The notes below the pieces were generated by a model. That model saw only the letters and a list, made by a program, of their open reading frames with translations, was not told the origin of the DNA and ran no database searches. A stretch of DNA of 64,000 nucleotides from Octopus sinensis (taxonomy: Eukaryota). Location: the NCBI RefSeq assembly GCF_006345805.1, contig NC_043004.1:106330001-106394000 (forward strand), written 5' to 3'. A program made the translations under genes and the position numbers. Within the stretch, counting starts at the first letter, position 1; every line of letters starts with the position of its first letter. Shown here one piece after another: positions 1 through 12,708 of this stretch.

Positions 1-1002
1 CGAAATAGCTACGGCTGACATGCCTTTGGGCATAGGGCCTTCTTGATCAGGGTTGACATGGAGTTAAGCAACAATTGCAGCACAGGTGATAGTCGTCTGC
101 TGTGATTCATTCGCTTGCACAGACACGCACCTGCACTCACACCCTTCAGGTCGCTTAGACTGTGAGAAACCAAGAGCCTGCCTCCTCCTCCTCCTACCCT
201 CACTGCTCCTTCGGCAGGTGATGGTGAAACGGTTTTGCATTTGCTGTAATATTTGCTGCCCTAAACACACAGCTTTATATATATTCTGGATGGCTAATCT
301 CATTAGTAAGAAAAAACTTTTATTACTTTATGGACGATGGCATGTATTTCGTGTGACTGTTTGTGTATATATTTGTGTTTGTACGTGTATTATTGATAAA
401 TATATACCTATATGTACATCTCTGTATATGTGAATATGGATATATGTGTGTGGATATATCTATGCTTATGTGTCTGTGTTTATATATGTATAAGTATGTG
501 TGTATGTATGACTGTATGTTTACGTATGTATAGATATAAATATTTGTGTTAGTAACTGAAGGTTCATGTTGCTTATACTCTAGATATTTCACTTAGATTT
601 ATATACATATATATAAACCTAGAACTCTATGCATGTGCTTGTCCATCTATACAAATATTTCTTGGATTTTAATGTATTTATTTGTACATATATTTATTTC
701 GCTTTGTTCCTTTTATACATACATATCCTCATGTTTGATTCTATGCAAAGCTTGTGTTGGTATGCAAAAGGCTATGTGTCTATACAAAAGCCTATGTGTT
801 CGTGAGCAAATGTGAGTATAGTTATCTGTCTATCTCAGTGTTTATATGTGTGCACACATGCAAACAAGGAAGTTAAACTACTTTCATGTGATACCATGTT
901 TTGTGTGTCATGAAGTCCTTCCTAAAAATAGCAGCCCTGTTGGTCGCTAAAATTGTCTACTGTGTCATTTTTTCACCCTCCCACCTTCCGTTCTCTTTCC
1001 AG

Positions 1003-1054
1003 CAGCCATGGAGATGGGTTATAGGCACTTCGTCTCTTACCCTACTCTAGCAGG
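1003..1054 (+). CDS. Candidate upstream tensin exon containing a Kozak-context ATG (MEMGYRHFVSYPTLA)
   Basis: Strong polypyrimidine tract + ccAG at 1001-1002, GCCATGG at 1005-1011, and a GG|GTTTAA donor whose phase 2 fits exon 12548. No homology support. Confidence 0.3.
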
Positions 1055-1199
1055 GTTTAAGTGTTAAGCAAACAAAAAATACCCCTGCCTCCTTATAAAT
1101 TTGAAGTTATTATTTTGGTGAGGGAACAACTGATAAGGGTATTCCCACTGGATTGCCTGAGCACTGTCTGTATTCTTAGTTCCACTCTACCCTGGATGA

Positions 1200-1272
1200 C
1201 TGTAATATAATATATTATAATATAATATATTATAATATATTGTAATATAATATAATGTAATATAATATAATG
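1200..1272. repeat. (TAATA)n pentanucleotide microsatellite
   Basis: Direct inspection. Confidence 0.9.
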
Positions 1273-2849
1273 TTGCTCTAGTTTTCAAGCACTTTGGCCC
1301 AAACAAAATTTTATAATGAACTTGTAGATAACCATGATTGATTTTTTTGGGTGGATTAAAATTAATTGACTCTTCCAGAAACACACACGGCCTAAATCTT
1401 TCCTCCTGAGAGGGGAACCATGACCAACAACTAGTACCCTTTTTTCTTCAGAAGTATGTTTAGTCTGCTGCTACTATTTCTCTCTATTTCACATTTCTCA
1501 TTTATATATACACATAGAAAGATAGACAGACAGATAGATAGATATGCGCACACATACACACACACATGTGTACATATGTAGAAACACACCAAATTGTCAT
1601 AGTTAAACATATGGTATTTATTTTATGGGGTGGTGCTCACATTTACCTTATAATCTTCAGCACATACTGTTTCAGTACCTACCAATGGTACATCACACAA
1701 CTAAGCAAAATATTATTATTGCAGATGTTAAATAACGGTGTATCTTTACCATATCAAGTTTAGTGCTTCAGCATGGTTCTAGTCCAAATCATACCCTGAG
1801 GTATAGTCCTTACCTTTTTACTTTCCTTAGTTGCTATATATCAACATTTGTTAGATTATATCTCTGCTATACAACCTCTTATACACTAGAAAAATAATCC
1901 GATGACTAACTTGTCAAAAGAAAACTTTTTTTTTTCTATTCTAGTAAAAAAAAAAAAAACAAAAAAAAAACAGATTTTTTATTTATTTCAAAATACAATT
2001 TGACAATTTTTTTGTTACTATAATCTGTTTGACAATGGAAATTTGCTGAGATTTCGTGTTTATTTTTTTGCACCTATTCTTTGTTACTCTTGCCTGGAGC
2101 TGAATGAAGGGGTGTGTGTCAGGTATGAACCAGTGTCATTGTGTTACAAGTAACTTGTTCAACAACGAAGCTCTTAGTGGTGGTCATGCCAGTGTGGTTG
2201 ATGTATGCATGTCATTCTTAGTCTAGACTTTTTTTTGTATTACTTTTATAGTTGCCTATATATACATCCATACACACACACACATGTACATACATACTTA
2301 TGTGCATTTGTACATACATACACACTCACACACATCCAAACATCCTTCTCCCATCATTTATCTGATCTTAACACTCTACATCTTTCTCTATACTATTTCC
2401 ACTCAGTCCAAATACAATCCCAGTGAATGCAAACTGTTGATCTATAACTACACACAAACACACACACACATTTACACTGTATGCTTTCACATATTCTCAT
2501 AAAGCAAACTTAAATGGGAAGCACCAAACCAGCCTAAAGCCATCAGATAAACCCTCAGTCTCAAAAAGAAGGTAAACCCCCCCCCCCCCCCCCGTAACTA
2601 TTTATTAAGAAGGTCATTATGTGATATTCTCTTGTCATCCCATCCTTTTTCTGAATATTTGGCTTTTTACACTCCCACTGGTCTATCACCCGTGACTTGT
2701 TTCATTTTGCTGATTTCCATCTTTCATCTGAAATATGTTGACAATGTAAAGGTGTTTGCTGGAGTTTGAAACCCAACCTCCCATGAAACTTCTCAATGCA
2801 TTGCACCATAACATAACCCATGCTGTACTTCAAACACAATCAGACTACC

Positions 2850-2915
2850 TTACTACTACTACTACTGCTGCTGCTACTACTTCAGCTACTGCTGCTGCTA
2901 CTACTACTACTACTA
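2850..2915. repeat. (CTA/CTG)n trinucleotide repeat; related degenerate tracts at ~29640-29765 and (AAC/AGC)n at ~56160-56292
   Basis: Direct inspection. Confidence 0.85.
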
Positions 2916-4838
2916 TTCAAACATCTTGACAATACTGACTCTACCATACCACAACACCCACAGCATACACTGTCTATTGTACTGTACCCTATACAACATA
3001 GTTGAACTGCTATACTATACCTCATCCAACCTACCTATACAATATCCCTATTCTGTACCATACAGGGCATACCTAGACTATTTTACTGTACACAGTATAG
3101 CTGGACTACTATACAATATACCCAAACTGCTAAACTATCTTATACAATATACCTATTCTATAGTCTACACAGCATACCCAAACTATTATGAAATAAAAAA
3201 TGAATGGATTATCAGATTAATTTCAATGATGAGGGTTTCTTTTATTTCATCAAATGAATTGCCTATTCATTGTTTCAGAATAAAAGTGGTTGAGTATACC
3301 AGACATACTTGTATCATTAACCCTTTAGCATTTAGATTACCTTGTTCATTCATATTATTTTGGGTTGAAATTCCACCAAGTGTGACTTTGCCCTTCATCC
3401 TTTTGTGGTCAATAAATTAAGCAAGTACCAGTCAAGTACTGCAGTTGATGTAATTGACTAGCCCCTCCTTCCTGAATTTCACACCTTGTGCATTTAAACC
3501 CAGAACCTACAAAGCCTTTATATAAATTATTTCTTGCATAGGGAAAATTTTAGTTGGCCAGAAACTGACAATTCTTTTTAATTAACCCTGCATTGACTTG
3601 TAGCTTTGAGATTTTGATGATGTGATTGCTTATTTTTAGACTGACATTGTAGGGTAAGTGTGAGAAGATGAATCTGACCAGAGAGAATATTTGAGCTGGA
3701 TAAAATGTTAAAAAGAGTTCATGTAACCTCCAGGAGGATTAACATGAGAGTGGGAGGTGGTGCAAAGGTGGTGCTCTTTGAATTACTGATGCAGTCAGTT
3801 AGGTAAGCCTTAGACAAATAAATCAACTTCAGTACTTCTTTTTAAGACTGCTATTTGCTGAACCACTATATTATGAGGACACAAACAAACCAACATGGGT
3901 TGTCAAGTGGTGGTGAGATTCGATCACAAACTCAAAGATGGATACACACACACATATATAAATGGTATGTGATATAATTATGTACATACACACATGATGA
4001 GCTTCCACACAGTTTCTGTTTATCAAATTCACTCACAAGCCACTGGTCAGTCCTGAAGCTGTAATGGAGGACACTTGCCTTAGATACTATGCAATGGGAC
4101 TGAACCCAAAACCATATGATTGCAAATTGAGGTGGCTGAACCATTAGCACATCAGACAATGCTTAGCAGCTTTTCATTCGTCTTAACATTCTGAGTTCAA
4201 ATTCTGCCAAGGTTGACTTTGCTAATCGATTATCCCCTTCCCCACAAATTCCAGGCTCTGTGCCTATAGTAGAAAGATTATTATTATTATATTATTATTA
4301 TTAAGGCAGCAAGCATGCCAGGCAAAATGCTTAGTGATATTTTGTCTGTCTTTATGTTCTGAGTTCAAATTCCACCAAGGTTGACTTTGCCTTTCTTCCT
4401 TTCAGGATCAATGAATTAAATACCAGTAAAACACTGGGGTCCATGTGATCAATTGTCCTCTTCCCATAAAATCCAGGCTTTGTACCTATAGTAGAAAGGA
4501 TTATTGTTGTTGTTGTTGTAATAGAATGACAGTTGAAATAATTTGGGTGAATTGTGCAACAGTTTTCTTCCACTCCATCTTCCGTTACATCAAATCTGTA
4601 ATTTGATTAATGATGATAGAAGCAGAAGACTGAACTCTTTAAAAACTTTGTCATTTCCTTATCACCCCCCCCCCCCATCCCCCCATCCCCTGTTCATTCT
4701 ACAAGAAAGAATGAGAAATATGTCCTGAGGAAAACCAAATTAAGGCCACTACATTGTCCACTGTTCTCCTTATTTTTTTTTTTTTTTCATCCTCAGAAGT
4801 CTATTTATGGCTCACTGACATTTAACTTGATTTATTTC

Positions 4839-4872
<34 letters not shown>

Positions 4873-5199
4873 GCTTTCTTTTTCTCCCTCTCTTTCTCTG
4901 TATTCTTGCTACTGCCTTCCTCTCTCTCTCTCTCTTTCTCTTCCCCAGCATCTTTTCACTCTGAAGTTTACTATGCCATGTTGTGATGTGTATAACTGTA
5001 TAAAGGGTTACGTTTAGTGTCTGAACAGAACTCTGAATTATGTTATGTATGCGCTTGTGTGTGTGTGTGGTGTATATATATATATGCGCATTAATATATG
5101 TGTCTTAGTATGTGCATGTGCATGTAGTTGTGATTTTCTGTAAATGACAACAGATGTGTGTACATATGTTGACATACAGACGTTTTTTATGCCTGCATA

Positions 5200-5560
<361 letters not shown>

Positions 5561-6309
5561 ACGTACACACAATGTGAATGTGTTCAGTATGTCAGCCTGG
5601 TCTCTGATGAATGTCTCTGGCTAATCCTGCTAACGACTGTTTATTTTACTCTTGACATCTGTTATCTCCAAACATAGCACAAGATACAGGAGACCCAAAC
5701 AACCAGCATATAAAAGCTATGTAGACAAGATGGGTGCCGGGGTAGCAACCACTACCATCATCATCATCATCAAGGACACTGTCATCAAAGCAATAAATTT
5801 GTCACAGTCATCATTTTCCACCCCCACTTTCTTTCATCTAGATGAACATATTAGCCTTGTCTAATAACTTTAATAATTCTCAGAAGATACATTTTTGAGG
5901 AGTCACCAGAATAGTTAACGAGGTCTTTTGGTGGTGGGGTTGTTAAGTCCCAAGTCTGTCCCTATTGAAGTTCTTGTCTCTATTGAAGTTCTATAGTCAA
6001 AGGCATTCTTGCTGTGACCATGCCCTGTCCAATGTCTCTTTTCAAAAAGAAAAAGTTAAAATGTGATTCTAGCAGATCAAACAATTATGTAGATCAGGAA
6101 CGGGCAACCACTTTTGAGAAATTGACCATGTGAGATATGGTTTATCACTCCTGAAAAAATTGAAAGCAATATTTTGCTTGGTCTGCCATTCTGAAAGTCC
6201 TGTCGGCTGTGGTTATCTATGAATGAAATAAATCTTTCTTCATTGACTCGGTGTATAGCAGCAAATCAGATTGCCTTCATAAACCATTTCAGTTACAAAT
6301 GCTTTTCAA

Positions 6310-6524
6310 CCCTTTAGCATTTAAACCAGTCATATCCAACCCAAATATTCTGTTTGTGTCCAAACTGGCCAGATCTGGCATCTCACACCTACCCTATGAC
6401 ATCATTCTTAAAATATAAAACCATGTCATTGTAATCTTGAAGATTTGCGATAATGCATAACTAAGTGAAAATTATGTGAATGAATAAGCATTGTATTTGA
6501 CAGAATAATCTGAATGCTAAACGG
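6310..6524. mobile_element. Second piggyBac-like MITE family (~215 bp); related copies at ~3555-3720, ~20380-20560, ~33340-33560 and ~52262-52475
   Basis: CCCTTTAGCATT ... AATGCTAAACGG ends flanked by degenerate TTAA. The shared core CTCTCACACCTACCCTACAATGTCATT occurs in the other copies, and the copy ending at 52475 ends AATGCTAAAGGG|TTAA. Confidence 0.7.
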
Positions 6525-9126
6525 TTGAGAATGAAAGATTGTCCATAATTTAGTAATTCTTGTCCATTGCCCTCTTGTCTTTCTACACTGTACATGAAAG
6601 ATCTGAAGTGTCATGCTTATGTAAGAAAATATTGAGTTGGATAATATTTACCAACCTAAACTGGTTTGAATGCTTTTTAAGTAATCCAAAAGTTCAATAC
6701 TCAACTGTTGAAATGATATCAGCCCCAACTTCACCTTTCATTTCTTTAGGATTTAAGTTGCAATAACATACAAATGTACATCATTCAGAAGTAAAATGCA
6801 AAAAGTTTAATAATCTCTGTATAATTCTAGCTCAATGGCTCATCCTTTAAAGTAAACAATTAAGAAATGCTGTTGCTGCTTTGCACAATCAACATGGCTG
6901 GTACCATATAGACTAACATTTCTTGATTGTTTACTTCTAAAGATGGGCCTTTGGGCCTTCAAACAAGCTACCAGTGTTCGTCATACATTGTTCATTTATT
7001 TAATTGACAGATTTTTCAGAGTCAGGCCAGAATGGAAGTTGTGGTATTCTTATCAGATACAAATTTCCATTTGACAGTCACCAACCTAATCACATTTCTG
7101 ATATGACCAGAAAAATAAAAGAGAAATAGCTATTTTATTTATCATTATAATTTATAAAACTTCACTCAGCAATAGTAGTAGTATTCAATGAATTATAAAG
7201 CCATGTTGTTAGCTCTTCAATCATGGTTCAATCCTGTAAAAAGTCGTGTGACCATCTATGTTTTTTTTTTAAACATTGTGTTCTTGCACTTTTTAAAAAT
7301 AGTGAAGTATATCATATTTTCTGGTATATAAGTCAAAACTTTCAGGTCAGAATTTACCGCCAAAATGGTCAGTCAAAATATAAACCAAAATATAAATTTT
7401 GGTCTTTGGAAGACCAAAATTTCAGTCTGAATGCAACTGGATTTGGAAAGATAATAACGATATTGGAATGTTTACACTACATGTTTATACTATATACTAC
7501 CTCAACTCGTATACTGAAAAATGCAGTAATTTGATGGAATGTTAACTGTTATTTTTAGCCAATCAAATAACAGTGTAGAGGCTCCCTTGTTGCTTGCATT
7601 ATCCTAAAAGAGAGTTTGTGTGTGTGTGTGTGTACATATGTTCCTTATGGATTCGGAAACTGAGTTGCCGATTTTGACATATGAGGTATCAAAAGTTTCA
7701 GTAATCTTTCGGTTACCAAATAAACTTTATTTTCATTTGTTTTACAAAAATTTAACATTATAATCTTTCTCTAAGTCAACTATCGTAAACTAATTTTATA
7801 CCACCACCACCATGTCACATTTTCCACATGAGTGTCTGTGTCTGTCAGTGTATGTATGTGTGTTTGTCATTCTTTACGTATATTTGGCTGATGACTGACA
7901 AGTATATGTGTGTGACTGTGTATGTGTCTGGCAGTATACATGCATTTTAGTGAGGACTGACACACATACACACATCTAAAGACAGACAGACACACAGAGG
8001 GACAGAGGTAGGCCTGAGGTGTGCATGAATGTCTATGTGTGTCTGTCGTAGTATATGTATCTGACTGTACCACCCAGCAGTGAAATGCACCGATCTTGAA
8101 AGTGTTTAGTTTAGTTGCGGCCTGGATGTTGAACGAACAACAGCGTTCATTTTGAAGTACCACTGTTTGGATTTTCCTTTTCATCATGGTGACTTGCAGT
8201 TTAAACAGCATTAATAATTATCACTACTTTTGTGCTGAAATATTATTCTGCTTTTTATGACCAACATGAAGATTTGGTTGATTTGACAGCACTCACAACA
8301 CTTGCAAATATGTACATTATTTACATTATTTACATTTGACGGATATTTGTCCTCATCTTGTTTGTAGTCAACACGTTTCAGCTGATACACCCTCCAGCCT
8401 TCATCAGGTGTCTTGGGGAAATTTCTTGTTCTTATAACCAATCTAAAGATAATGCGTTTTTGATAGTCTTAGCGTCCTTATTGTAGTCCTGCTATGTTGC
8501 TTTATCAGTGTGAGTATTCAATGTCACACAACCACTTTACTGCATTAGTCAGTATTTATTCTACAGCCTATAACCTTACACAGTTAAGATATGTAGGAAG
8601 TGATATCAAATTAATTTGTCTTGCTACATAAATTCTTCAGCAAATGTTTTAAATCAATTAATGTTCACAACAGCAACATATTCCTTTTTACACACTTTGT
8701 TCAGTGTTCGTTTCAAAATTGTAAAATAATTTATTTTTGTATGAAAAATTGATTTATGTCATCTGAATTTTCTTGGAGCTTGACTTCCTTCACCATGACA
8801 TTCAATCCTGAATTTTATAACATTTAGTACATATTCCAAATAAATGTTGACTTTCTGTACTGTGTTACATTAGTGACACATAGTAACTTTTGCTAAATTG
8901 GTGACTTTCTGATGCTGGAATATTTTTGGAAATATCCCCCCACCCAAATTTTTATAGCATACCTATGCTACAGAAAGTATGTTTTTCACCTGTATTGAGT
9001 ACATTTCGTTTTGCTTGAACTTCATGTGTGTACATTTTGCTGTTTCCCATATTATCAATTCTATGAGTGTCTGTGTGTCTATTTCTGCATTCGTTACATC
9101 TATAGTAAACTATAGTAAAAAATATT

Positions 9127-10195
9127 TTACGCTGTTTTAACGAGCCCACATCTAATGAAGTAGCCATCCTTATGGTAGGTGATTCCCATGAAAATTGTGA
9201 TATTCTCATTCGTGCTCAAGATAACAACCTTAAATGTGTTTCAGAGACCCATCCCTCTTATGATGCTCTCCAGTATCCTCTTATTCTGTGGAATGGACAA
9301 GAAGGGTATCATTTGAATATTCCCCAGACTAAACCTGCAATAGGAGAGGAGAGCCAATTAAAAAAAAAAAAAAGGTGTTGTCAAATGACTAATATTCTTT
9401 CCAACTGATGTTAAGTCCAGAACAATCAAATCAATTATACATGTATCATTATCTATTTTAGCAATACCTTGTTGGTATGTATGCTAAAGTTAAGAGCATC
9501 TCCTCTACATTTGTAACAACCCAAAAAAGTTAAGGTCTAAAAACTATCTTCATCTCCAAGATGGTCTGATATTAAAGATGGTGATATTAAAAACATGGAG
9601 CAACTTATAATCCCCCCATCGTCATTCACAGTCGATCCTCAATATAGGCACAAACGAACACAAGATGCTATGGCATGTGTTAGGACATATGGAAAACCTG
9701 ATCTTTTTGTCACTTTCAACTGCAATCCTAAATGGGAGGAAATAAAATCTAACCTTCTTCCAGTGTTGCATGTTCTGGTAATGTAGCCAGCCCACTCAAT
9801 GGGGAAGAACTGCTCATTCCATGTTCAAGCTCCCTCTAAACCTTGCAATGAAAGAATCTCAAATGTGCAACATTTCCTAAAACTCTGCAATGGCAACAGT
9901 TCTCCAACAAACTTGCCTCATTGTTTGGGATGAGTGCACTGTCACATTGTGGAGCTCCAGAGGTATTCACCATACCTTCCAAGACTTAAAAACAATAGCA
10001 TGCTCATGGGAGGAGTAACAGTTCCTTTTGCAGGAAATTTTCATCAAATATTGTCAGTTGTCCCTAAAGAATCAAAAGCTGATGAATTCAGTGCATGCTT
10101 CAAAAAACCGTACCTTTGGAGACATGATAAAAATTGATCTTCCATCAACAGCAGAGTACTTCTATAAGGTGATCATATGAGTTGGTAATGGGATT
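9127..10195 (+). mobile_element. Helitron Rep/helicase relic, internally deleted and frameshifted
   Basis: Translates to FNEPTSNEVAILMVG...SETHPSYDALQYPL, QYLVGMYAKV and TQDAMACVRTYGKPDLFVTFNCNPKW (Rep). It then jumps to PIF1-like GRTAHSMFKLPL, LIVWDECT and GGVTVPFAGNFHQILSVVP...ADEFSACFK. Confidence 0.92.
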
Positions 10196-10401
10196 TCTTT
10201 TACTTGTTTCAGTCATTGAACTGCAAACTATGTTGGGGCACTGCCTTGAGGGGTTTAGTTAAACAAATCGCCCCAGTACTTGTTCATTTTTTTCAAGTCT
10301 GCTTCTTATTCTATCGGTATTTTTCACCAAACTACTAAGTTACAGAGATATAAACAAACTAACACTGGTTGTCAAGTGGTGAGGAGGTGACAAACAGAAG
10401 G

Positions 10402-10442
<41 letters not shown>

Positions 10443-11760
10443 GAGCTTCTACACAGTTTTTTATTTCTTTATTGCCCTCAAGGAGCTAAACATAGAGAGG
10501 ACAAACAAAGGCAAGAAAAATGGATTAAGTCGATTACATTGACCCCAGTGCGTAACTGGTACTTTATTTATCGACCCTGAAAGGACGAAAGGCAAAGTCA
10601 ACCTCGGTGGAGTTTGAACTCAGAACATAACAGTAGACAAAATACCGCTAAGCATTCCGCCCGGTGTGCTAACGTTTCTGCCAGCTTACTGCCTTCTGCA
10701 CAGTTTTTGTCTACCAGATTCACTCATAAAGCATGGGTCTATAGCAGAAAATACTTGCTCAAAGTGTTGCACAGTGGGACTGAACCTGAAACGACATGAT
10801 AGCAAAGCAAGCTTCTCAAGCAGGCCTTGCTTGTGCACCATATTTATTTATTTATTGAAATTATTTGTACTAAAAGGTTTATTGCTGTTGTTTGGCCCGA
10901 ATTCGAGTCTGCCACAGTAGACCAATGATAAAAGACAAATTCCAGCTATGACAGTTTGGTATTTTTAGTTATAAATATTGGTTTCAAATTTTGGCACAAG
11001 GCCAGCTATTTCAGTGGAAATAAAAAGTCAGTTACATCAACCCCAGTGCTCAGCTGGTACCTTCTTTATCAACCCTCAAAGGATGAAAGGCAAAGTTGAC
11101 CTGAGTGGTGCCTGAACTCATATCATGATGATGGAAGTAATGCTACTAAGCATTTTCTCCAGTTGCCTCACAATCTTGCCAGCACACTGCTCTACATAGA
11201 TATGAGATTACATAAGACTATATTACACAGTGTGCCTCTTCTTTTTTATGATAGTAGGGTATGAGTTAAAGGGGATTTTGTTGCTGTTTCTGGCAGGGGA
11301 AGCAGCTCTGTAGTGACTCCTTGTTGCCTTGCTAAAAGGTTAGTTGTACATGAGAGTGGATCATTAATAGGTTACACGCACTTGACTGTAGGTCGTTATA
11401 TTTATAGGTTACGCATATTGAGTCTGTATCGTTAATTAATTGCATATGTAATTAGTTCAGTAGGGTTTGGGCATTTGTTTTTATCTTTTTTTTTTCTATT
11501 TTAAGCTAGCAATTATTTTTCCCCTTTTTTTAAAATTGCCTTTACATAATTTTATTATTATTATTATTATTATTATTTTCATTTCAAAATATTAGTTTGT
11601 CCCATTCTCATATCTTGTCTCTTTTTATTTGTTTCTCTGTCAAAAAATTTTTCTTTCATCCTTTTTTCCCTTCCTCTCTAATTTTCTTCATCCATTTGAA
11701 TTGTCTGCATCAATCTGCATTGAATTAACTGCAAGTTAGGGAGAGGACTTCTATATAGAT

Positions 11761-12089
11761 CAAGCCCGGCCAACTTGAATTACATTGCGGACCACTTTAA
11801 TCACAGAAAGCTTTTTGAGGGCCGCTTATATTCTTTATGCAATAATAGTCAAATAATCAAATCACAGAATCAAGAATTTTTCATACTTTTCGTTTGTTTA
11901 AAGTTATAAAATTGTAGTCTTTTGCTTTATTGCTATTTATAAATTTTAAATTAATTTTGAGACAAATCTTTTACACAAACAATTTTATTTTGAAATTAAA
12001 CACAATACTTCAAGAAAGTATCAAGCAGGCTGCAAGATAATAGTCTGTGGGCCACATGCAGCCCGCAAGCCTCAGGTTGGCCAGCCCTG
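11761..12089. mobile_element. hAT(Charlie)-like MITE
   Basis: Imperfect TIRs CAAGCCCGGCCAACTT / AGGTTGGCCAGCCCTG, and an 8-bp degenerate TSD ATATAGAT / ATATGGGT (6/8). Confidence 0.7.
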
Positions 12090-12547
12090 ATATGGGTGCT
12101 TGACTTACTAAAAATAACAGTCAAATCTCCCCTTCAATCACATTTTATTGTCTTAAAAATGAAAGCATGCTGAAAAAAAAAGAGGTAGGATGAAATAAGC
12201 CTAGCACGTATTCTCCCAGTCAATTTTGCTGAACTGTCCACTATCATCATTTAATGTCTGTTTTCCATACTGGCATGAGGTGGACTTTTTGACAGGAGCT
12301 GGCAAGCCAGAGGGCTGCATCACACTTCAATTCTCTGTTTCAGCATAATTTCAACTTCTAGATGTCCTTCATAACACCAACCACTTTACAGAGTGTACTA
12401 GGTGCTTTCCATGTGGCACCAACACAAATGTCTTTGAGGAAAGTTTGGCTGTTGTTTTTAGCAAGTCTAGTGTATGTAAAGAGTTTCATGTTGGAATGCT
12501 CAAACTCGATGATGCTTAACTGTTCTGTTTCTCTTCTTCTATTACAG

Positions 12548-12708
12548 TCCCCCTTCACCAGGCAGTCTGAACATACTGCGACAGCAGCTGAGTGCACAAC
12601 ATATGGGCAGTAGCGCTATAAGTCCTGGCCCTCTGTCGATGGGTGGACAGAGTTCACCTAGTGTCTATTTTGGACTGTCTCGTAGAGGGAGCATGTCTTC
12701 ACTAGCAG
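12548..12708 (+). CDS. TNS: Tensin exon (linker): [53 protein letters not shown]
   Basis: Polypyrimidine tract + ttacAG acceptor and CAG|GTCAGT donor. Phase 2 in, phase 1 out, and joins exon 16295 in frame. SPSVYFG.SRR.S resembles the pre-SH2 motif of invertebrate tensins (recalled, not searched). Confidence 0.85.

Noticed and set aside
1-250. Frame +1 is interrupted only by TGA codons (16, 103, 163) before a PPPPP stretch, suggesting a selenoprotein or read-through
   Set aside because: No selenoprotein motif (CxxU/UxxC) or recognisable SECIS; three TGAs in this span are expected by chance.
2926-3420. 164-aa Y/T/L-rich ORF
   Set aside because: It overlies a degenerate CTATAC/AATATAC-type minisatellite and a SINE A fragment, with no protein motif.
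7011-7043. Possible 33-nt tensin exon (DFSESGQNGSC) with AG/GT boundaries
   Set aside because: Phase 1-1 does not join the phase-2 exon at 12548, the donor is weak and there is no homology support.
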